A stretch of DNA of 64,000 bases from an uncultured delta proteobacterium (GCA_963736855.1 CAVTQK010000021.1:128001-192000); one strand, 5' to 3'. Shown: positions 21,797-31,994, counted from the first letter of the stretch. Notes: a model not told the origin generated them from the sequence alone. Translations and numbers: made by a program.

Positions 21797-23781
21797 ATAT
21801 CTTGATTGTCAGACGAATCAGCCAGGTTTTTTTCCTGATCCTTTTTTTCGGGTTTTGTGCTGTCTCCTCCTTGGGGGAAAAGGGGTGGCAGCTCAGGGGG
21901 TGGCCGGTCAACTGGTTTCTTGAACTCGACCCTTTGGCTGGAATCGGAAACCTTTTGGCTACCCATACGCTGTATAAAGGGCTGCTCTGGGGCCTTGTCC
22001 CTGTGGTGCTGACGATCCTTTTAGGCCGCTTTTTTTGTGGGTGGGTTTGTCCCTTCGGAACCCTTCACCAGCTTGTCGGCTACCTGGGAAAGCGAAGAAA
22101 ATCAACAGCTGAAAAACGGGAACTCAACCGTTACAGCCGATGGCAGGCGGTCAAGTACTGGGTTCTTTTTTCGATGTTAGGTGCGGCAATGGCGGATCTG
22201 ACGGTCTTTGTCGCAAACATCCCCAGAAAAGACCCTCGTCTGGTGTGGATGGTGGTGATCGGAATTCTTTTAGGCATCTTCCTGGTAGCCGCCCTCCGCA
22301 CGCTTTACACCATGCGCAGGATATGGAGCTCCATGATCCTTCCCGTTTTGATTGCGATATGCCTGATCCTTGTCTTCAAGTATACTCGAATGTTTCAAAG
22401 CTCCCTTCAAACCGGTTTATTGGATCCCATCCCTCTTTTTCACCGATCCGTTAACCTGATTCTATTGCCTGTCCTGGATCAGGGTATTGGGAAACTGTCA
22501 GCGGCATCATACCATTACCAGGGGGCTTTTCTCATCGGCGTGATCTTTTTCGCCGCTGTCTTTTTGAATTTAAAATTCCCGCGATTTTATTGCCGATTTG
22601 TCTGTCCCCTGGGGGCGCTTTTTGGCTTGCTGGCTCGGTATTCCCTGTGGCGGATCGGTAAGACGATGGAACCCTGTGCAGACTGTAAGACGTGCGATGC
22701 CGATTGTGAGGGGGCCTGCTCCCCTTCTTCTTCCATCGTCTGGGGGGAATGCGTGCTGTGTTTGAATTGCATCAAGGCCTGCCGGAGCCGACAGATCGCC
22801 TATCGCATGCGCCCATCCGAAGGGGGTGAGGTTCCTTTGCCCGATTTTGCCCGGAGGGGATTCATGCTTTCCCTGGTTTCGGGGATCATTGCGGTTCCAT
22901 TGGTGCGGGCCGGCGGGGGCATTGCCGCCAACTGGAATCCGGGCTTGGTGCGGCCCCCGGGATCCCTGCCGGAGGCGGAGTTTTTAAGCCGCTGCATCAA
23001 ATGCGGTCAGTGCATGCGCATCTGCCCCACCCATGTCATTCAACCCGCCGGTCTGGAGGCGGGCTTGGAAGGCTTGTGGACGCCGGTCCTCAATTTCCGC
23101 ATGGGGAACAGCGGATGCCATTATAATTGTATCGCCTGTGGGCACCTGTGTCCCACATCGGCCATACGTCCTTTGAGCTTCGATGAACGGTTCGGCCGGC
23201 ATACTCATGAGGGCAACGGACCGATTCGCATCGGAACTGCGTTTATCGACCGCGGTCGATGTCTCCCTTGGGCCATGGACAAACCATGCATCGTATGCCA
23301 GGAAAACTGCCCGGTCAGCCCCAAGGCCATTTTTACAAGGGAGCATTTTGCCCCATTGCGGTTTTTGGGTCCTTTATCCGTGAGGGAGGCGACAAAGTCC
23401 CAGGTCGTGTTCAACGAGGCGTTGATGGAGCCGGGCAGGCTGGAAACGGGTGATTATTATTGCATCACCGAAGGGATCGAGGATCCCAAACCCCGCCGCA
23501 TCCTCAAAAACGGCGCCGATCGGATCGAGATCCACCCGGGAAATCCCTGGGTAATGCCACCTCCGTCGGGAACCCGAATCCATGTCGAAATCCGCTTGCA
23601 ACAGCCTTACGTGGATATCGACCGCTGCATCGGTTGCGGGGTATGTGAGCACGAATGTCCGGTTTCCGGAAAACGGGCCATCCGGGTGACGGCGGAAAAC
23701 GAATCAAGAAATTTGAAACACGCGTTGACCCTTGGGAAAGCGAAGGGAATCCATTCCGTGGATGAACCCGATAGAAAGTAA
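21793..23781 (+). CDS. Membrane 4Fe-4S protein (NapH/MauN-like fused to NapG/MauM-like polyferredoxin)
   Basis: GRFFCGWVCPFG, RFYCRFVCPLG, RPPG..CIKCGQCMRICP and CIGCGVCEHECP. Confidence 0.9.
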   Translation: MNILIVRRISQVFFLILFFGFCAVSSLGEKGWQLRGWPVNWFLELDPLAGIGNLLATHTLYKGLLWGLVPVVLTILLGRFFCGWVCPFGTLHQLVGYLGKRRKSTAEKRELNRYSRWQAVKYWVLFSMLGAAMADLTVFVANIPRKDPRLVWMVVIGILLGIFLVAALRTLYTMRRIWSSMILPVLIAICLILVFKYTRMFQSSLQTGLLDPIPLFHRSVNLILLPVLDQGIGKLSAASYHYQGAFLIGVIFFAAVFLNLKFPRFYCRFVCPLGALFGLLARYSLWRIGKTMEPCADCKTCDADCEGACSPSSSIVWGECVLCLNCIKACRSRQIAYRMRPSEGGEVPLPDFARRGFMLSLVSGIIAVPLVRAGGGIAANWNPGLVRPPGSLPEAEFLSRCIKCGQCMRICPTHVIQPAGLEAGLEGLWTPVLNFRMGNSGCHYNCIACGHLCPTSAIRPLSFDERFGRHTHEGNGPIRIGTAFIDRGRCLPWAMDKPCIVCQENCPVSPKAIFTREHFAPLRFLGPLSVREATKSQVVFNEALMEPGRLETGDYYCITEGIEDPKPRRILKNGADRIEIHPGNPWVMPPPSGTRIHVEIRLQQPYVDIDRCIGCGVCEHECPVSGKRAIRVTAENESRNLKHALTLGKAKGIHSVDEPDRK

Positions 23782-23823
23782 AAGATAAAACAGAATAAAC
23801 ATATCGGCCCCATTTGATGAATC

Positions 23824-23843
23824 GCGGCTTTTCAATAAGCCGC
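23824..23843. terminator. Hairpin downstream of the polyferredoxin gene (possible terminator)
   Basis: gcggctt-ttcaat-aagccgc; no clear U-tract. Confidence 0.3.
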
Positions 23844-23996
23844 TGCCCTTCAAATCTTTTCTTATGCCGCATATTCTGTTACACTGACTCAAATTTTAAG
23901 AGAATCGATCTGACCCGGTTAGAATTATTCCATAGATCATGAAGCGATACTTTTTATACTGTTTCTATCTCGGTTTATAGAGATGAGGTTATGATA

Positions 23997-24992
23997 ATGA
24001 AAGTCCTGATCGTCGGCGGCGCCGGCTACATCGGGAGCTTTGTCACCCGACTGCTGCACGAAAAGGGCTGCAATGTGGTCGTATTGGATAACCTCTCCTG
24101 GGGGCATCGAAAAGCCTTACATCCGAAAATTCCCCTCATCGAAGGAGATTTGGCCGATCTCAAGATGCTGACGAATCTTTGTTCTTCGGATCGCTTCGAT
24201 GCCGTCATGCATTTTGCCTCTTTTATCCTTGTCGGGGAATCTGTGGTGTCACCGATTCAATATTATCACAATAATGTCGCCAATACGGTGAATTTGCTCA
24301 AGGCGATGACGGCTTGTGGAATCCGGCACTTCATTTTTTCTTCAAGTGCGGCGGTCTTTGGAATTCCCGAAAAAGTCCCCCTTGAAGAAGATCACCCCCA
24401 AACCCCAATAAATCCTTATGGGTGGAGCAAAAGGATGGTGGAGCAAGTGCTTAGAGACGCCTCAGCCGCGGGCCATATCCGATTTGTTTCACTTCGATAC
24501 TTTAACGCTGCAGGCGCTTATCCGGATGGGAGTATGGGCGAGGATCATGCCCACGAGACCCATCTCATTCCGCTGGCCATAAAGGCCATCATCGAGCAAA
24601 ATACCGGGGGTAAACCTCTGACCATCTTTGGGACCGATTACAATACGCCGGATGGAACCTGCATCCGGGATTATATTCACGTGATGGATTTGGCTGAAGC
24701 CCACATTCTGGCGTTGGATTATCTTCTTGCCGGAGGGAAAAGCGATTTTTTTAATTTAGGAAATGGAATGGGTTTTTCAGTCAGCGATATCGTTCGGGTT
24801 ACGGAGAAAGTTACGGGAGAAAAAGTGCCCATCCTCTACGGAGACAGGAGGCCCGGGGATCCTCCCATACTCGTGGCAGGATCGAAAAAAATCCAGGCGG
24901 TTTTGGGATGGAAGCCGAAATTTGCCGATATCGAAACGATGATCAAAACCGCCTGGAAGTGGCATAAGTCTCATCCGAGAGGATACGAATAG
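23997..24992 (+). CDS. galE: UDP-glucose 4-epimerase
   Basis: GGAGYIGS, YxxxK (YGWSK), LRYFNAAGA and PDGTCIRDYIHV. Confidence 0.95.
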   Translation: MKVLIVGGAGYIGSFVTRLLHEKGCNVVVLDNLSWGHRKALHPKIPLIEGDLADLKMLTNLCSSDRFDAVMHFASFILVGESVVSPIQYYHNNVANTVNLLKAMTACGIRHFIFSSSAAVFGIPEKVPLEEDHPQTPINPYGWSKRMVEQVLRDASAAGHIRFVSLRYFNAAGAYPDGSMGEDHAHETHLIPLAIKAIIEQNTGGKPLTIFGTDYNTPDGTCIRDYIHVMDLAEAHILALDYLLAGGKSDFFNLGNGMGFSVSDIVRVTEKVTGEKVPILYGDRRPGDPPILVAGSKKIQAVLGWKPKFADIETMIKTAWKWHKSHPRGYE

Positions 24993-25029
24993 CCGTTTTT
25001 ACATGAAGTCGATCGAACAGGAAAAGGCA

Positions 25030-26088
25030 ATGAAAAACATGCTTGTGACCGGGGGATGCGGATTCATCGGGGCCAATTTCATACGGTACCTTTTGGAAGA
25101 ATCCGACTTCAACGGATGCGTCATTAACGTGGATTCCATGACCTATGCCGGGAACCCTGAGAATCTGGCGGATATCCCGGAACGTTTTCCCGAGCAATAT
25201 CGGTTCGTGAAGGCGGACATTTGTGATCCGGATGCCATGGCAGCGGTTTTCGAAAAATACAAAATCGATACGGTTTGTCATTTCGCCGCCGAATCCCATG
25301 TGGATCGTTCCATTGTCAGGCCGGACGCCTTTGTTCAAACCAATATTGTGGGAACCTTCAATCTTTTACAGCTGGCCAGAAAGCATCGGGATCGAATGCT
25401 TTTATTCCACCACATCAGCACCGATGAAGTGTTCGGCAGTCTGGAGAAGGAGGGTTTTTTCACCGAAAAGACACCCTATTGTCCCAACAGTCCCTATTCC
25501 GCCTCCAAGGCGGCTTCGGATCACCTGGTAAGGGCTTTCCATAAAACCTATGAATTGCCCATCACGGTGTCCAACTGCTCGAACAATTACGGTCCCTACC
25601 AATTTCCTGAAAAGCTGATTCCTTTGATGATCCTCAATGCTGCAGAGGGCAAACCCCTTCCGGTTTACGGTGACGGTCGAAATGTGCGGGATTGGCTCTA
25701 TGTCCAAGATCACTGCCGTGCAATCTGGATCATCATGAAGCATGGGAAAAAAGGTGAAACTTATAACATCGGCGGGAACAGCGAAATGGAAAACATCCAT
25801 ATGGTCGAAATGATCTGCGACCTCGTTGATGAAAGGATCGGAATACCTGAAACGGGGAGAAGACGCGGTCTCATCACTTTTGTGAAAGACAGGCCGGGTC
25901 ATGACCGCCGATACGCCATCGATTTTTCCAAAATCAAAAAGGAATTGAATTGGTATCCCCGGGAATCTTTATCCACGGGCCTGAAAAAGACCATATCCTG
26001 GTACCTGGAATATCAAGACTGGGTGAATCGGGTCAGAAGCGGGGAATACCAGAAATGGATCCAAGAACATTATGGAACAAGACAATAA
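25030..26088 (+). CDS. rfbB: dTDP-glucose 4,6-dehydratase
   Basis: TGGCGFIG, FAAESHVDRSI, STDEV, PYSASKA and DRPGHDRRYAID. Confidence 0.95.
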   Translation: MKNMLVTGGCGFIGANFIRYLLEESDFNGCVINVDSMTYAGNPENLADIPERFPEQYRFVKADICDPDAMAAVFEKYKIDTVCHFAAESHVDRSIVRPDAFVQTNIVGTFNLLQLARKHRDRMLLFHHISTDEVFGSLEKEGFFTEKTPYCPNSPYSASKAASDHLVRAFHKTYELPITVSNCSNNYGPYQFPEKLIPLMILNAAEGKPLPVYGDGRNVRDWLYVQDHCRAIWIIMKHGKKGETYNIGGNSEMENIHMVEMICDLVDERIGIPETGRRRGLITFVKDRPGHDRRYAIDFSKIKKELNWYPRESLSTGLKKTISWYLEYQDWVNRVRSGEYQKWIQEHYGTRQ

Positions 26089-26103
26089 TGGTAAGGTGAA
26101 CAT

Positions 26104-27327
26104 ATGGCATCCCATCAACGAAAAATATCGAGAAGATCATTTTTAAAAAGGGCCGGATCCCTGGCGCTGGCTACAGGGGGCCTGTCTCTGCATTCTCTTT
26201 CAGCTTCTGAAAACCCGTCAGGAAAAACAGCGGCAAAAGAGATGAGCGTACCCGTGCGCCCCTTCGGAAAGACCGGCGTAACCGTTTCCATCCTTGCCTT
26301 GGGCGGGATGTTCGATATCCCAACCAACCAGCTCATGCTGAAGCAGGCCCTGAAATGGGGGGTCACCTACTGGGACACGGCCAATTCCTACGGCGGAGGG
26401 CGCAGCGAGGAGGGGATCGGGATGTACTTTTCCCGGTTTCCCGAGGATCGAAAGCGGGTCTTTCTGGTGACCAAATCAAACGCCTGGACGCAAAATGGGA
26501 TGACCCGGAATCTCGAGCTTTCCTTGGAGCGGATGCGAACCGATTTCATTGACCTTTTTTTTGTTCATGGAATCGGAGGAATCGACGAAGTCAAAGAGAC
26601 CCGGCAATGGGCCGAGAAGGCCAAATCTTCCGGAAAGATCCGATTTTTTGGTTTCAGCACCCACAGCAACATGGAGTCGTGTTTGTCTGGGGCGTCGGAG
26701 CAGGGATGGATCGATGGGATCATGACGACGTACAATTACCGGCTGATGAAAACAGATTCGATGCGTCGTGCGGTGGATACTTGTATTCATGCCGGAATCG
26801 GGATCACCGCCATGAAGACCCAGGGGGGCGGAGCAGTGAAAACGAGTTCGGAAACGGAGATGGCGCTTGCCGGCCGTTTCTTGAAAAAAGGGTTCACGGA
26901 CGGCCAGGCCAAGCTCAAGGCGGTATGGGAGGATACACGGGTCGCAAGCATCTGTTCGCAGATGCCAACGTTGACGCTGTTGATGACCAATGTACAGGCA
27001 GCAATTGATGAAACCAAACTTTCATCCATGGATCGAAAGCTCATGGATCGCTATGCCCATGAGACAGCCTCCGAGTACTGTGCCGGATGTACTGCCATAT
27101 GTGAATCGACGCTTTCTGAACCGATCCCGGTAGGTGATATCATGCGGTGCCTCATGTACCGTCGAAGCTACCAGGATCACTCCATGGCTGCGGATCTATA
27201 TCGGAAGATTCCACCCACGGTTCAATCAAATCTTACTCGGGTCGACTATTCCGAAGCCGAAAGGCGATGCCCCCAGAAAATAGCTATTTCGAAACTTATT
27301 TCCGAGGCCTCTCTGGAGCTAAGCTAA
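26104..27327 (+). CDS. Aldo/keto reductase with Tat signal and C-terminal Cys cluster
   Basis: SRRSFLK; WDTANSYG, VTK and FVHG catalytic tetrad; CAGCTAIC...CPQ. Confidence 0.88.
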   Translation: MASHQRKISRRSFLKRAGSLALATGGLSLHSLSASENPSGKTAAKEMSVPVRPFGKTGVTVSILALGGMFDIPTNQLMLKQALKWGVTYWDTANSYGGGRSEEGIGMYFSRFPEDRKRVFLVTKSNAWTQNGMTRNLELSLERMRTDFIDLFFVHGIGGIDEVKETRQWAEKAKSSGKIRFFGFSTHSNMESCLSGASEQGWIDGIMTTYNYRLMKTDSMRRAVDTCIHAGIGITAMKTQGGGAVKTSSETEMALAGRFLKKGFTDGQAKLKAVWEDTRVASICSQMPTLTLLMTNVQAAIDETKLSSMDRKLMDRYAHETASEYCAGCTAICESTLSEPIPVGDIMRCLMYRRSYQDHSMAADLYRKIPPTVQSNLTRVDYSEAERRCPQKIAISKLISEASLELS

Positions 27328-27332
27328 AAATT

Positions 27333-27376
27333 GATAAGAACTTGCTTTTCTGCGGATGAGTCAAGAGCGATCATGA
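27333..27376 (-). repeat. Copy 1 (terminal 44 bp) of a putative IS91/ISCR-like oriIS end
   Basis: gataagaacttgcttttctgcggatgagtcaagagcgatcatga; 2 mismatches to 36725-36768. Confidence 0.75.
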
Positions 27377-27452
27377 GATTTTTCTTCGAATTGTGATAGA
27401 AGAAAAAACGCTTTTCAGGATAAAGGGATACGCTGAATTCGCTTTTCTCTCT

Positions 27453-28427
27453 TCACACCCTCTGGAATTTTTTCCGATATTCTGTGGGCACCAAGCCGGT
27501 CTGCTTACAAAAAACCTTCCGAAATGAACTGCTGTCTTCATATCCCACCTGATAGGTGATTTCGTCAAAGGAACGATTCCCTTTTTCCAGCATGCGTTTG
27601 GCGGTTTCGACTCTGAGACATTGTTGATACGTCAAAGGGGTTTCCCCGGTCGCAGCTTTGAATCGCCGCTCTAACGTACGACGGCTCATTCCGCTTTTTC
27701 GTGCCAGGCTGTCATAGGTAAAATATTTATCGAAATTCTTTTCGATCCACTCCTGAATCGAGACAACCTGCTCGTCATGATGCTTTTTATGGAGGTGAAA
27801 TACGCTGTAGGGTGCTTGGGAAGTGCGGCCGACATCTGAAATAATTGATTTTGAAGATTGCAAAGCCACGTCATGACCGCAGTACTTGTCCACCAGATAG
27901 AGGGTAAGATCGATGCCGGCGTTATATCCGCCGGAGCAGAACAAATCGCCTTCGTCGGTTATCAGTCGCTCCGGCTTAAGCTTGACCTGCGGATAACGCT
28001 TCCGAAACTGATCCGCAAAAGCCCAGTGAGTAGTAGCGGTTTTGCCGTCCAGCAATCCGGTTTCTGCCAAAACAAATGCCCCCGAACAAATGGTCGCGAT
28101 ATGTGAACCACGGTGATAACGCTCTTTTAACCAGTCTATTACCTCGCTCTGCACCCGAAGTGTTCTGTCGATATCCAGAATAGAAGACACCACAATTAAA
28201 TCCGCTTCCGGACCATCATAAATGGAACCGTTCGGTACGATTCGGACGCCGCTTAAACATTTAAAGGGTTTCCCGTTTGTTGTCACGACCTTGACTTCAA
28301 AGTAGGGTGAGGGCGGGTGCCCGTTGAAATAATTCCACATCACCCCTGCCTGATAAAAAACATCCATCGGACCGATAACCGTTGTCGCCATAGTGTTATA
28401 CATGGCTAAAATCGAGACCTTTTTCAT
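27453..28427 (-). CDS. GlxA-family AraC regulator (DJ-1/PfpI + HTH)
   Basis: ICSGAFVLAETGLLDGKTATTHW; MSRRTLERRFK; VGYEDSSSFR. Confidence 0.93.
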   Translation of the reverse strand: MKKVSILAMYNTMATTVIGPMDVFYQAGVMWNYFNGHPPSPYFEVKVVTTNGKPFKCLSGVRIVPNGSIYDGPEADLIVVSSILDIDRTLRVQSEVIDWLKERYHRGSHIATICSGAFVLAETGLLDGKTATTHWAFADQFRKRYPQVKLKPERLITDEGDLFCSGGYNAGIDLTLYLVDKYCGHDVALQSSKSIISDVGRTSQAPYSVFHLHKKHHDEQVVSIQEWIEKNFDKYFTYDSLARKSGMSRRTLERRFKAATGETPLTYQQCLRVETAKRMLEKGNRSFDEITYQVGYEDSSSFRKVFCKQTGLVPTEYRKKFQRV

Positions 28428-28579
28428 TTCTTACCCCGTTGATTGACGTAAATAAACTTTAATGTGTCATATATGCCACTTCAAAAACAACAAATCAAAA
28501 GATATTTTGGCTTGTAGAAAACAGTCGGGCGAAGCGAGAAATCTTAACGTCAAACTGATTGAAACGATTTCTGTCTTAA

Positions 28580-28608
28580 GCTGTAATCAAAGACCCTTTG
28601 ATTACAGC
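28580..28608. promoter_or_regulatory. Perfect 13-bp inverted repeat in the divergent intergenic region
   Basis: gctgtaatcaaag-acc-ctttgattacagc. Confidence 0.5.
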
Positions 28609-28644
28609 ATGTTACGAGATCATCGGAAATAAAGGGCGATAAGA

Positions 28645-28884
28645 ATGAATCAGATTCATGACACCCTGTTGGAGCAATACCGGAACGCGGATTTCGATCA
28701 CCGCCTGAACCTTTATCTGCAATTTCCTGCTCTGAGGTCAGAGTTCATTATGATTGATCAGGACGACTTGACTGCACATTTGTCTGAAATGTCGAAGTCG
28801 GACGGCAAAGGCCGCGGGAGTCTGACAAGAATCATCGGCCGGAAGGTGTCTCGTTTTATGAAGGCATTAACTTGGCGAAGCTAA
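28645..28884 (+). CDS. Small hypothetical protein
   Basis: 79-aa ORF divergent from the regulator, purine-rich upstream region. Confidence 0.6.
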   Translation: MNQIHDTLLEQYRNADFDHRLNLYLQFPALRSEFIMIDQDDLTAHLSEMSKSDGKGRGSLTRIIGRKVSRFMKALTWRS

Positions 28885-28933
28885 CCCGAATCTCTGGGAT
28901 TCTCCGTCCCATCTAATAATAAGGAGAAAGGGA

Positions 28934-29773
28934 ATGACACGATCTGTTCACTGTGTTACGAACGCTTTGCATGGATATGTCTATGGCCGCTGGACCCGTC
29001 AATATATCCGCGTGCTCCTGAACTATATTTTTCCAAGATTAGGACCAAAGGGAAAGAAGTGGTGGGGTGATCGTTTTCACTTCAAGGTGCTCCCTCCGGA
29101 ACATGCCATTGCCATTATAAATATAAACCGGGAAATTCCCCGACGCGACCTGGAACAGATCATTCCGTTTCCGATGGCCAGAGATTTCTTGCTCAAGGCA
29201 CCACCTGATATCGCACTGTACGAATGCGCATGCCGCCATACGCGGGAACATCCATGTCAACCCACCCAGGTATGCATGATCATTGGTCAGCCGTTCGTGG
29301 ATTTCATTGTTCGCCGACATCCCCATACCAGTCGGCGTATCGGTCGGGAAGAAGCCGTTGAACTTATTGAGGCGGAACATAAACGCGGGCACATACAGAC
29401 TGCATGGTTCAAGGATGCGATGGGGGGACGCTTCTATGCCCTTTGCAATTGCTGCAAGTGCTGCTGTTTCGGAATGGAAGCGGTGGCCAAGTATGCCGTG
29501 CCGATGGTTGCTTCGTCGGGTTACGTGGCTCAGGTGAACGAAACGTTCTGTAAGAGCTGCGCAGCTTGTGCGGAGGCCTGTCCTTTCGAGGCTATCCAAG
29601 TGAAAGATGTCGCGATGGTGAGCTGGGAAACCTGTATGGGTTGTGGTGTATGTGTGGGAAGATGCCCTAATAATGCAATTACGCTCGTGCGTGATACCGG
29701 AAAGGGGGTACCGCTGGATGTGCGAATGCTGGCTGAGGAACAATTCATGCGCAGCATCCGGGAGGAAAGATGA
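28934..29773 (+). CDS. 4Fe-4S dicluster ferredoxin-domain protein
   Basis: CACR, CNCCKCCC, CKSCAACAEACP and CMGCGVCVGRCP; AAGGAG RBS. Confidence 0.88.
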   Translation: MTRSVHCVTNALHGYVYGRWTRQYIRVLLNYIFPRLGPKGKKWWGDRFHFKVLPPEHAIAIININREIPRRDLEQIIPFPMARDFLLKAPPDIALYECACRHTREHPCQPTQVCMIIGQPFVDFIVRRHPHTSRRIGREEAVELIEAEHKRGHIQTAWFKDAMGGRFYALCNCCKCCCFGMEAVAKYAVPMVASSGYVAQVNETFCKSCAACAEACPFEAIQVKDVAMVSWETCMGCGVCVGRCPNNAITLVRDTGKGVPLDVRMLAEEQFMRSIREER

Positions 29774-29863
29774 AACAGAGTCGGCTTTTGAAGAATAAAA
29801 GCCGCCGGAAAACAATCGTCCATAATCCATTATCTTGCATTTGTTTCATGGAGGTTCTGAACG

Positions 29864-30310
29864 GTGGAAAAGAGATATTTCGACGATATAGAGGATGGAG
29901 AACATCTTCATTGTCAGCCTGTGTTGATGACGCGGGAGGCGATTATCGATTTTGGAAGAAATTTCGATCCGCAGCCGTTTCATGTGGATGAGAATGCCGC
30001 GCGTGCATCTTTTTTTGGCGGGCTGGTTGCTTCTTCTCTTCATACTCTTTCCGCCTGCACTCGGGTGGTTGTTGAAGCACAGGGGAATGTTGCGATTCTA
30101 AGCGGCCTGGGCATGTGTGAAGTTAAAATGTTGAACCCGGTGCGTCCGGGTGATGTTCTTTCGGTAAATGCCTGGTGGACGGAGTTACACAGATCCCGGA
30201 GTAAACCGGATCGTGGATTTGCATCAATTAAATGCAAGGTTACAAATCAACGAAAGGAGCCTGTCATTGAATATGGTTATCGGTATTTGATTATCTGTAA
30301 GAATTTATAA
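29864..30310 (+). CDS. MaoC/hot-dog-fold dehydratase
   Basis: FDPQPFHVDE, FGGLVAS and PVRPGD; GGAGG RBS with GTG start. Confidence 0.9.
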   Translation: MEKRYFDDIEDGEHLHCQPVLMTREAIIDFGRNFDPQPFHVDENAARASFFGGLVASSLHTLSACTRVVVEAQGNVAILSGLGMCEVKMLNPVRPGDVLSVNAWWTELHRSRSKPDRGFASIKCKVTNQRKEPVIEYGYRYLIICKNL

Positions 30311-30543
30311 ATACTGATTTCCTCATGAGGATCCATTTGCGCATGACGATTTCTTCCAGCGGAGCATAAAGATCCGCCTGAAGCCCTCGTTCGCAAGAAA
30401 AATCGTCAGCTGGAGCAACAGCCAGATGAAACTATTACGAGTCAACTTTACAGGAAGCAATTTCAATTTTTCCGTCTTTACCGATGGCGCCGATCGCGTT
30501 GGTCGTCCTAAGAATCTCGGTCTCGCCTTCCGCTTCTATCAGC

Positions 30544-30573
30544 TTGACAATCGCCTGGTGCTCTCAGTAGAAT
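30544..30573 (+). promoter_or_regulatory. Sigma70-like promoter pointing antisense into the SH3 gene
   Basis: TTGACA-N18-TAGAAT. Confidence 0.35.
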
Positions 30574-30629
30574 CGCCGAAGATATTGGCGCGCGGGCTCG
30601 GCCGCAGCGGAGCCTGGCGATTCGACCAT

Positions 30630-31994
30630 CTATCTGATCTGGGCTTTGAACGATGCCCGGTAACGGTAGGTGACGCCAAAAAATTCACCCTCTTTAGTGC
30701 TGTAGGCCCTGCCCGCGATGAAGCCCTCGCCAGCGGGCCTGGGCTCGAAGACCTCGTCGCTTGATACTCCGCTGGGACTGGCCTCGAAGGCTGAGTGGCG
30801 CAGCTTGCGCGAGATAACCTGCCCCCCGGCGTTGATGGTCAGCTCCACGCAGCGCAGCGTGCCGGACTTCTCCAGTTTCTGCCGCTGGGCCCAGTCGGTT
30901 AGCGCCTCCTCGTCCAAGGCCATGTTGGACAGAATCACCACCGTGTCCAGCCTGTTCTTGTCGAAAAAGCTCGGTTTGCTGTAAGCGTAAGCATACTTCA
31001 GGGCAGTGGCCTCGCCGTTGACCGACAGCTCGCCCTCGGCCTCATTCGCCGCCGCGGGCACCGTCGCGGGCGGTGCCTCGACCTCCGCCTTTTTCGCGAT
31101 CTTGGCCGTGACGGCGGAAAGCTGCAGCATGGGGTTGGTCTTGAGTTTCTCGGCGATGGCAGCCTTGTCCGCCCGGGGATTCTGACGTGAAAAGACGTCG
31201 TCGTAGGAGCCGGGCAAAACTCTCCACTGGCCCTCCTCGGCGGCCATCATAACGGCGCTCAGGGTGATGTTATCTGCGCTGTTCGGGTCGCTCTGGAACA
31301 CCAGGATCGCCGCCTTGACGTCGCTGTCGAACTTGAGCAGCTTGCACGCCGCCGGATCGGGAGACATCTCAAGAACAAGGTCCTTCATCTTGGCAAACGA
31401 CTCAGGGGTGATCTCCTCTCCTGGAGTTGTTTCGGTGGCCTTTCCGGCCGGCTTCCGGGGAACATAGACGACCGCCAGAAAAGCCTTGAAATCACCGTCC
31501 GCCAAGGCTCGGCGGAAGCGCTTGTAAAGATTGAGAGCATCGCTGCGAGAAAGGGCCCCGGACTTGGACAGTCCGGCGGCGGGCGCGGGGGGCTTCGCCG
31601 CTGCGTTCCCGGGCGCTTCCGCGGCAGGGGCCGTCGCTTCCGAGCTGAGATAGCGCGCCGCCACCCAGCCGCGCCGTCCCTCGGCGCTTTGCACCTCTAC
31701 CCAGTCTTTCTTCCGGGACAGTACCTCCAGGGCGTCGCCTTTTTTAAGAACACCCAGGATGCTACTGTTGGAGGATGCGCCGGAGCGCAGGTTCAATTGG
31801 CTTGAAGTCACCCTAGCCGTCTCCATTGGCGGCTTCGATACAGGCGTCGGTTCAGCCGCAAGGGGCGTTTCGGATTCAACCACGGGAGGCGCTTTGGTCG
31901 CCTGGGGCGTCGGCGCCGGCTCCCGGGAGGCGCAGCCCATGGCAAAGGCAAAGACCAACGACCAGAGAGTCCACCTCAACAGTCTTCCGCGCAT
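30630..31994 (-). CDS. SH3-domain lipoprotein (GC-rich)
   Basis: Lipobox AMGC; LNLRSGAS...LKKGD..EVL...DWVEV...GWVAARYL bacterial SH3 motif; Pro/Ala linkers. Confidence 0.85.
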   Translation of the reverse strand: MRGRLLRWTLWSLVFAFAMGCASREPAPTPQATKAPPVVESETPLAAEPTPVSKPPMETARVTSSQLNLRSGASSNSSILGVLKKGDALEVLSRKKDWVEVQSAEGRRGWVAARYLSSEATAPAAEAPGNAAAKPPAPAAGLSKSGALSRSDALNLYKRFRRALADGDFKAFLAVVYVPRKPAGKATETTPGEEITPESFAKMKDLVLEMSPDPAACKLLKFDSDVKAAILVFQSDPNSADNITLSAVMMAAEEGQWRVLPGSYDDVFSRQNPRADKAAIAEKLKTNPMLQLSAVTAKIAKKAEVEAPPATVPAAANEAEGELSVNGEATALKYAYAYSKPSFFDKNRLDTVVILSNMALDEEALTDWAQRQKLEKSGTLRCVELTINAGGQVISRKLRHSAFEASPSGVSSDEVFEPRPAGEGFIAGRAYSTKEGEFFGVTYRYRASFKAQIR

